From assembly GCA_964236955.1 (NCBI GenBank), contig CAXSGP010000051.1, forward strand, positions 1-33,766: DNA of 33,766 nucleotides. Reading direction: 5' to 3'. Positions 28,066-33,766 of this stretch are shown piece after piece (the first letter of the stretch is position 1; each line of letters starts with the position of its first letter). The position numbers and the translations under genes were made by a program. The notes beneath the pieces were generated by a model. It saw only the letters and a program-made list of their open reading frames with translations. It searched no databases and was not told where the DNA came from. The stretch comes from an uncultured Oligoflexus sp. GTDB taxonomy: Bacteria; Bdellovibrionota_B; Oligoflexia; Oligoflexales; Oligoflexaceae.

Positions 28066-29157
28066 ATGCAAGCATTTACTCGTGTCGCCTGGCTACTTGT
28101 CATCTGGCCTCCTCTTAGCGGTTGCCATCCTCTCCAGCAGGGAAGCTACCTTCATAACATATATTCCCTTGATGATGCCAACCCATCCCGCCGTCATGAG
28201 GCCTCAGCATTTGAGGTGACGTGGACTATTCGTGCGCGCGGATGTTCCGGTGTTCTTCTCAGCCCGACCCTCGTCCTGACTGCCAACCATTGCAAAGTCG
28301 AAGCGGGTGCCTGGATGCAGAGCGGTTGGTCCGTACTGGTCGACGGTGGAGCCGATATGACAGTCGAGGCCGTTTTGGAACATGACCCTGATCTTGATTA
28401 TTCCATTTCCAAGGTCAGGTGGACCACACCGATGCCTTCGTCGCAGACCTTTCCACCCTATCTGGCTGTATCGCCTGATGACGTATTTGCTTCGCAGGTA
28501 AAAGATCAAGGGGATACCCTCTTTACCGTTGGTTTTCCCGACGACAAGTCGAAGGAGTGGAAAGTCACCTACGCGGAAGGCCAGACCAAACGTATCGATA
28601 GTTCCAAGATGTTTTTCAATATCGGCGTAATCAATGGTAATTCCGGGGGCGGCGTTCTACGCAAAGACAACAAAATGCTAGTCTCAATTGCAATCGGCGG
28701 AACCGCCGCTTACAGGCAGGCCGGTTGGGACCAAAATGCCGCCGATGATAGCGCCAACTGGAACTTCGGCACCCCGACCTGGGCCATCCTTGCGAAATCC
28801 AAGGTCCTGCGGGATCAGTTTCCGAATGGCAAAAATGCTTACTTTGCCGACACCTACTTTCCGAAGACAGCGGTGTATCTTGCAATGGAGACCAAGGAAA
28901 ACGGCACGAGTTTAAAGGTCGCCACGACTCACGAAAGTGAAAAGATATTTCTTTGCCCTCACGACACGTATCCCTGCAGCGAGAAAACCACCGGCGTGGA
29001 AGCTTTGCAATTGGAGATGGCCGCCAGCGGTCGCCGCTTTTACTCACGCAGTAAAGCCTTATCCAGGGACCAGCTCGCACTCTTGAGCCTGGTCGCCTAC
29101 GATAAAGAAGGTAAACTGGTGGGAATGAGACGAATCTCGGTGGAGGAGGCCAAATGA
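28066..29157 (+). CDS. Trypsin-like (S1) serine protease lipoprotein with C-terminal accessory domain
   Basis: Lipobox LSGC, CSGVLLSP, His in LTANHC, Asp in DLDYSI, Ser in GNSGG. Confidence 0.85.
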   Translation: MQAFTRVAWLLVIWPPLSGCHPLQQGSYLHNIYSLDDANPSRRHEASAFEVTWTIRARGCSGVLLSPTLVLTANHCKVEAGAWMQSGWSVLVDGGADMTVEAVLEHDPDLDYSISKVRWTTPMPSSQTFPPYLAVSPDDVFASQVKDQGDTLFTVGFPDDKSKEWKVTYAEGQTKRIDSSKMFFNIGVINGNSGGGVLRKDNKMLVSIAIGGTAAYRQAGWDQNAADDSANWNFGTPTWAILAKSKVLRDQFPNGKNAYFADTYFPKTAVYLAMETKENGTSLKVATTHESEKIFLCPHDTYPCSEKTTGVEALQLEMAASGRRFYSRSKALSRDQLALLSLVAYDKEGKLVGMRRISVEEAK

Positions 29158-29348
29158 AAAAGACACTGATCCTTATGGCTCTTGTCGCCTCTATGCCCCT
29201 TGCCTGCAAAAGCAAGAAGGGAGAAATGAAGGAAAAAAAATCGACTGATACCGACACGCCTTTACTGAGAACCGACTCCTGGCTTGGCAATGCGGACAAG
29301 ATCGATCCACAGATCGGTAAGGTCAAAAACATAGAATTAATTCAATGA
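29154..29348 (+). CDS. Small lipoprotein (64 aa) translationally coupled to the protease
   Basis: GGAGGAGG RBS, ATGA start/stop overlap, MKK plus hydrophobic core plus PLAC lipobox. Confidence 0.75.
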   Translation: MKKTLILMALVASMPLACKSKKGEMKEKKSTDTDTPLLRTDSWLGNADKIDPQIGKVKNIELIQ

Positions 29349-29376
29349 CTTAATGATATCCAAGCGATCTGGCTGC

Positions 29377-30696
29377 TCAGGGCCGCCGGGGCAAAGTGAA
29401 AACGATTTCATGCCAGGCCCCGCTCGCCCGCAATTCAAGCTGCCCCCCGCAATCTTTTCTTAATTCCTCTATCAAAGACTCCCGGATCTCATCGACCATG
29501 ATCGTTAAATTTCTCTTGGATGAATCGACCCTGAAGGGTAGGGCTTTATCCGCAGTCTTTGGCCAGCTGAGACGCCATTTAAAAGGGGCATCGGCCTCGC
29601 GTCCGCATTGGGCCTCGATATGAAGGTTCATTTCGTCATTGGCGGCATATCGATCGAAATTTCGATGGGCTAAAGTCACAATGATCAGAAGCAGCGAGGG
29701 TATCCGACCCTGCATAAGCTCGTCAGGACTATCGGTATGAACGCTGATTCCCCAGCCATTTTCGAGCGCCTTACCTTCTAACAGCACCCGCAAATGTCCG
29801 AGCAGGACGCTGAGAGAGGAACTGGCCAGATTATCCTGCCTATGGGACCTATAGATCCAATCAAAACTTCGGGAAATTTGTATCAATTCCTCCACCGATT
29901 GAAAGAGTTTTCCCACCCGGCTCACTTCCTGGCTGGCAAAGCCCTCCTGGCCGTAGATCTCACGCAGCTGCTGCAGGTCCTTACCGAACTTCCTTAAGGG
30001 GTCGGCGATCTGAAAGCTCAGGCTGTCAGCCAGGGTTGAAATTTCATGGAGTCGCGAGCTGCGGACCAACCAGGCTTTCTCCTGGCTCAGCAGCGACTCC
30101 GCTTTCTTCTTGTATACCTCGTGCAGGACCATACAGATATAGCTGCTGAGGCCGAGTAAAACGATGACAAACTGCATTCGGGCCACGTATTCGGAAAAAG
30201 GCCAGTGAAAGGGCAGAGCCATTCCAAAGGAATAGGTCCTTGCAAAAAAGACCAGGGTTGTAAGGACTACAAAGAATGCGTGAAACATGACCCAGCGATT
30301 GGTCGCGAAGAACGATACATACATAATAAAAACGAGGAAGAAATAAACGCCAGGTGCAAAGGAACTCTGGCTGTGGAAACTCAGCATGATCGATAGCATT
30401 GTCGTCAAAAAGATGAGGTAAATTCCCGTCACCCTTTCTACCTTCACCGCCTTTTTAAGGGATACTAAAGCGACGATAGTACCGGCCAGCAATACCAGTG
30501 TTTCGAGCAGGATCTCAGAAGCGACTTTGGTGAAGAAATAGGAAATCAGGTTCACCGAGAGGACCAGGGTAACCAGAAGCAGGCTGGCAACGGCCAGGTA
30601 GTTTCGATTAAGATTACGACCACGAGTGGATTCGGGCAGCAGCCATTCTAAAAAATCCTTGGCGCTTTGCAATTTTTTATCTACGCTTTGCTTCAT
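29377..30696 (-). CDS. Membrane pseudo-histidine kinase (degenerate DHp/HATPase)
   Basis: About 5-6 TM segments. LADSLSFQIADPL aligns to the neighbour's VVGSLAHELNNPL (His to Phe). No DxGxG or GxGLG boxes, but the HATPase-like ending DCGGQLEL...IVFTLP remains. The ORF is intact. Confidence 0.7.
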   Translation of the reverse strand: MKQSVDKKLQSAKDFLEWLLPESTRGRNLNRNYLAVASLLLVTLVLSVNLISYFFTKVASEILLETLVLLAGTIVALVSLKKAVKVERVTGIYLIFLTTMLSIMLSFHSQSSFAPGVYFFLVFIMYVSFFATNRWVMFHAFFVVLTTLVFFARTYSFGMALPFHWPFSEYVARMQFVIVLLGLSSYICMVLHEVYKKKAESLLSQEKAWLVRSSRLHEISTLADSLSFQIADPLRKFGKDLQQLREIYGQEGFASQEVSRVGKLFQSVEELIQISRSFDWIYRSHRQDNLASSSLSVLLGHLRVLLEGKALENGWGISVHTDSPDELMQGRIPSLLLIIVTLAHRNFDRYAANDEMNLHIEAQCGREADAPFKWRLSWPKTADKALPFRVDSSKRNLTIMVDEIRESLIEELRKDCGGQLELRASGAWHEIVFTLPRRP

Positions 30697-32015
30697 GATA
30701 GATTCTCTTCACCTAGGGGCAGCTCAAACCAAAAATGCGTTTCCGAAAGTTCGCGGGCAAAGCCGATGCGCCCGCCATGCTCCTCGACGATTCCACGAGA
30801 GATGCTAAGCGCCATACCTAGGGATTCACCCGAGGCAGTCGTAATAAAAGGTTGGAACATGCGCTCGGCGACCATGGGCTCCATTCCGGGCCCATTATCG
30901 ATGATGGCGATGCGGATCGATACATCATTAACCGTACATTGGACCCGGATCTCAGGATGAGCGGAATGATCCTGCAAAGCTTCGCAGGCATTGTCAAGGA
31001 GCGATGACAGGACAAAGATGGTTTGCTGCGGCCGGCACATGAGGATGATCTTCGCGTGAGGGTTCTCCATCGTCACTGTCACACCCTTGCTGCGAGCCTT
31101 TTCCTTGATATGTTTTTCCGCGGCCTGCAGCAGCTTTTGCAGCGTAATTTCGCGAACCGGTTCGTTGGCGTCACCACCGGCAAAAGTCTTGAGCGCATTT
31201 GCCACGCCCTCTATCCTGACTAGGGCATCGCTCATGCATTCCCATAGATGCTGACGGAGCCCCGGTTCAAAGGTGGATTTTGAAAGTTCATATTGATAGC
31301 GCAACATGCTGCCGTGGATAATGGCAAGGGGGTTATTCAATTCATGGGCCAGGCTGCCCACGACATCCGCCAGAGCTGCCTTTCTACTGGTTTTAGCGCT
31401 TAGTATATGCCTTTCCTGTAGTTCCTTTTGACCCTTAAGTCGCAGCGCTGCAAAGGTAAAAAGGGCACCAGCCCCAAATAATTCGACAAGAATAAAATGC
31501 AACTGCCAGGTGAGGAGAAAGCTGTCAGGTCGAGAATAAATACTAACCTGCGGACCGAATCCTTTGGTCGCATTGACGACGATCAAAGCCTCGACTATGG
31601 CAATGGCTGTGAATGAGCCGCCCCACCTGAGACCCGAAAAGAAGCAGCAAAAGGCTATGCTCAAAGGCAGCCAGGAATAAAAGTAGTTAAAGATGGATTG
31701 AGAATAGATGGCGAAACTTGCTTCAATGCTCAGGAGACTGAGCAGAAAAAGCCAGGCAATACCCTTTAACTCCTTCATCCGTCGAATGGCAAACAGGGTG
31801 GCTATACAAACGGCCACACTCAACAGGCATAAAAAAACCGGGACCGAAGCGTTCGGATAGAATCCCAGCCGAAGCAAATTAAGGAAGGCTATGACAAGAC
31901 TCACGAGAATAGCGCTACGGGCCCGATAGAGACGCGAGGGGTCCGCATCTTTTTCGCGCAGAGCGGGTGCCGTGCAGCGATCCAGTAATTGAGTGTAGTC
32001 CAATCTCTTAAGCAT
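30693..32015 (-). CDS. Orphan membrane sensor histidine kinase (NtrB-like H-box)
   Basis: About 5-6 TM segments; LAHELNNPL, LLDNACEA, DNGPGM, FQPFITT and an atypical G2 box SLGMAL. Confidence 0.88.
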   Translation of the reverse strand: MLKRLDYTQLLDRCTAPALREKDADPSRLYRARSAILVSLVIAFLNLLRLGFYPNASVPVFLCLLSVAVCIATLFAIRRMKELKGIAWLFLLSLLSIEASFAIYSQSIFNYFYSWLPLSIAFCCFFSGLRWGGSFTAIAIVEALIVVNATKGFGPQVSIYSRPDSFLLTWQLHFILVELFGAGALFTFAALRLKGQKELQERHILSAKTSRKAALADVVGSLAHELNNPLAIIHGSMLRYQYELSKSTFEPGLRQHLWECMSDALVRIEGVANALKTFAGGDANEPVREITLQKLLQAAEKHIKEKARSKGVTVTMENPHAKIILMCRPQQTIFVLSSLLDNACEALQDHSAHPEIRVQCTVNDVSIRIAIIDNGPGMEPMVAERMFQPFITTASGESLGMALSISRGIVEEHGGRIGFARELSETHFWFELPLGEENLS

Positions 32016-32179
32016 GGTATCTCGAGTCTATCCTTAGAGGGATGAGGCATCGATAAGCCGGCCCGCGCCGATCCCGCCCCCCAGCTGGTCCCTTTGCTAT
32101 CGCTGGTGGGGCGTCGTCAATCTTAGCCGGAGATAGGACTCGTCTGCGCCTCACGGTAAGATTTCCTATCTAAGAGAAG

Positions 32180-32206
32180 TTATCGGTTCGAAAGCCTAAA
32201 ACTCAA
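32180..32206 (-). promoter_or_regulatory. Sigma28-type promoter of the kinase/pseudokinase operon
   Basis: TTGAGTTT-N11-ACCGATAA on the minus strand. Confidence 0.55.
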
Positions 32207-32539
32207 ATTCTTATGACTGAATACCAGCGGGGCAGGCCGGTCTAGGATCTGGCGAAAGAATAGGCCTTAATTTAAAGTGTTCACCTCTATAGAAGACAGC
32301 GGTAAACACAAACAATCTATTCTTGACGTAAGCCTTTTGTTTCGGGAAGTAAGAATTCAGCAAACTCCTGCGCCTCAAAAACCTTGGAAAATCGCCAAGT
32401 GACTTTTTAAAACTTGAATTTTTCGCATTCGATTTTCTAAAACCTGACCAAAAAACCAAACTGACTCTCCTTGGAGACAGTCTTAATCACATGATATTGA
32501 AAGCAAATAAAATGGTTAAGGGATTTTTTACTTTGGAGC

Positions 32540-32566
32540 TAAGGCTTTTACAAAAGCCACCGAATC
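32540..32566 (+). promoter_or_regulatory. Sigma28-like promoter of the PA14 lipoprotein gene
   Basis: TAAGGCTT-N11-ACCGAATC, 45 bp before the ATG. Confidence 0.4.
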
Positions 32567-32611
32567 TTTAAATAAGCTCTTAATGAGGGCCCACAATTAG
32601 AGGAGTACACT

Positions 32612-33568
32612 ATGAAGGTCCAATTTATTTCTCGCTTGAGTATCCAAGGCAGTTTGTTGATCTCACTTGTCAGCTGCTCGGACGCAACTCAGTTCACTGA
32701 GAAGACCCTACCGGCCGCACTCGATGCCGTAAAAACTACTGAAACTCTTGCCAAGCAAGATCACCCTGAGTTCGAAAGCACGTCCCCAACAGGGGAAACC
32801 GTTCCAGCTGATGATACGGCACCTACGGATGCCATCAGCGCTCCCGTTGCCGCCAACGAGCCGGTTGATGCGGCTGGCAATACAGATAGCGGCACCGGAG
32901 CTTCGGGAACAGTTGCTGGCAACAGCGGAACAGGACCAGCAAATGATGGTTCAGGAACAGGAGGATCAGGACCTGTTGCTGGCAACGGCGGCACTGGTGC
33001 AACCCCTCCTGCTCCAGCTCCAGCACCCGCTCCAATCCCAACTCCAGCACCCGTTCCTACTCCAGCCCTGCCTGGTGAAGTATTCTCTGAATGCTCAGCG
33101 AACCCTGACAAAGCCATTATTTCTCAGCTCTATAACCTTCCAGTCAATACATCCAGCCTGCCTGACTTCAGCACGATGCGATCGGTTGGTGATGTTTGCC
33201 TCTCAAACCTCAACATCGCGGATCGTGACTTTACCCAAGGCTTTCCCGGTGTTTCAGACACTTTTGAATGGTTTGCCTTGGACATGAATTTCAAAGTCGC
33301 CATCACGACAGCGGGATCTTACAAGTTCTACCTGAACTCGGACGACGGCAGTATCCTTTCAATCGATGACGTCGATGTTATTAATAACGATGGTACCCAC
33401 TCTCAACAGGAAAAAACCGGGACAAAAACTTTGGGTGCGGGTGTCCATAACTTCCATGTTCGCTACTACCAGGGTCCTCGCACCAGAATCGCCCTGGAGC
33501 TTTTCTGGAAAAAACCTGGCTCTAACAGCAAAGCCTACATCCCGAACAGCGTGATATCCCGTCCATGA
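32612..33568 (+). CDS. PA14-domain lipoprotein with Gly/Ser- and Pro-rich stalk
   Basis: Lipobox LVSC; PA14 motifs FTQGFPG, GSYKFYLNSDDGS, INNDGTH, YYQG and LELFWKKPG; GAGGAG RBS. Confidence 0.85.
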   Translation: MKVQFISRLSIQGSLLISLVSCSDATQFTEKTLPAALDAVKTTETLAKQDHPEFESTSPTGETVPADDTAPTDAISAPVAANEPVDAAGNTDSGTGASGTVAGNSGTGPANDGSGTGGSGPVAGNGGTGATPPAPAPAPAPIPTPAPVPTPALPGEVFSECSANPDKAIISQLYNLPVNTSSLPDFSTMRSVGDVCLSNLNIADRDFTQGFPGVSDTFEWFALDMNFKVAITTAGSYKFYLNSDDGSILSIDDVDVINNDGTHSQQEKTGTKTLGAGVHNFHVRYYQGPRTRIALELFWKKPGSNSKAYIPNSVISRP

Positions 33569-33658
33569 TTCTTAGTCCTTATAGTGGAATGCAGAACAAC
33601 AAGAAATGCTTCAGCCTTTAACCCCCAGAATGAAACGTCAGACTTTCATAGTAAAGCT

Positions 33659-33690
33659 AGGCGATGCTTCACCTGAAGCCTCGCCTTTCT
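33659..33690 (+). terminator. Probable terminator hairpin downstream of the PA14 gene
   Basis: AGGCGATGCTTCA-CC-TGAAGCCTCGCCT followed by TTCT; one mismatch and a short T tract. Confidence 0.45.
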
Positions 33691-33766
33691 GATGCGCCTA
33701 TTCCCCTGTCCCCTGAAAATATTCTGTCAAAATTTTCTTCTTACGATCCGGTCCCACCAGCCACAC

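Noticed and set aside
28631..29332. Long antisense or alternative-frame ORFs (this 233-aa one, 1607-2260, 6642-7175, 20973-21608, 32748-33287 and others)
   Set aside because: They overlap well-supported genes and have no motifs or RBS, so they are shadow ORFs.
29377..30696. Pseudogene call for the degenerate kinase
   Set aside because: The ORF is full length with no frameshift or internal stop, matches its paralogue in length and retains translational coupling.

Overview
About 34 kb of bacterial chromosome, roughly 50% GC, with no phage, transposase, CRISPR array, rRNA or tRNA detected. The many lipoproteins, TPR proteins, the PA14 and trypsin lipoproteins and the sigma28-type promoters on non-flagellar genes suggest a Bdellovibrionota/Oligoflexia-like host; this is an inference. 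Recognisable genes are an MltD-like LysM lytic transglycosylase, sufE, a class II DAHP synthase, a PhoD lipoprotein, a MarR-EmrA-EmrB-TolC efflux operon, a PanE-like reductase, an RMD1/DUF155 protein, an MFS transporter and trhO. Six signals stand out. (1) A complete glrK(qseE)-qseG-glrR(qseF) module has two TGTC-N10-GACA boxes and a sigma54-like promoter inside it; no glmY is recognisable, and it is followed by a secreted EF-hand protein with a GGA-rich 3' tail. (2) A membrane histidine kinase is translationally coupled to a His-less pseudokinase paralogue, with no response regulator nearby. (3) FliA/sigma28-like promoters recur in front of non-flagellar genes. (4) A 4 x 15 bp tandem operator array overlaps the marR promoter. 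(5) A lipoprotein carries two mini cytochrome c domains. (6) A trypsin-like lipoprotein with a sigma54-type promoter is coupled to a 64-aa lipoprotein. All calls come from reading motifs by eye; no database searches were run.
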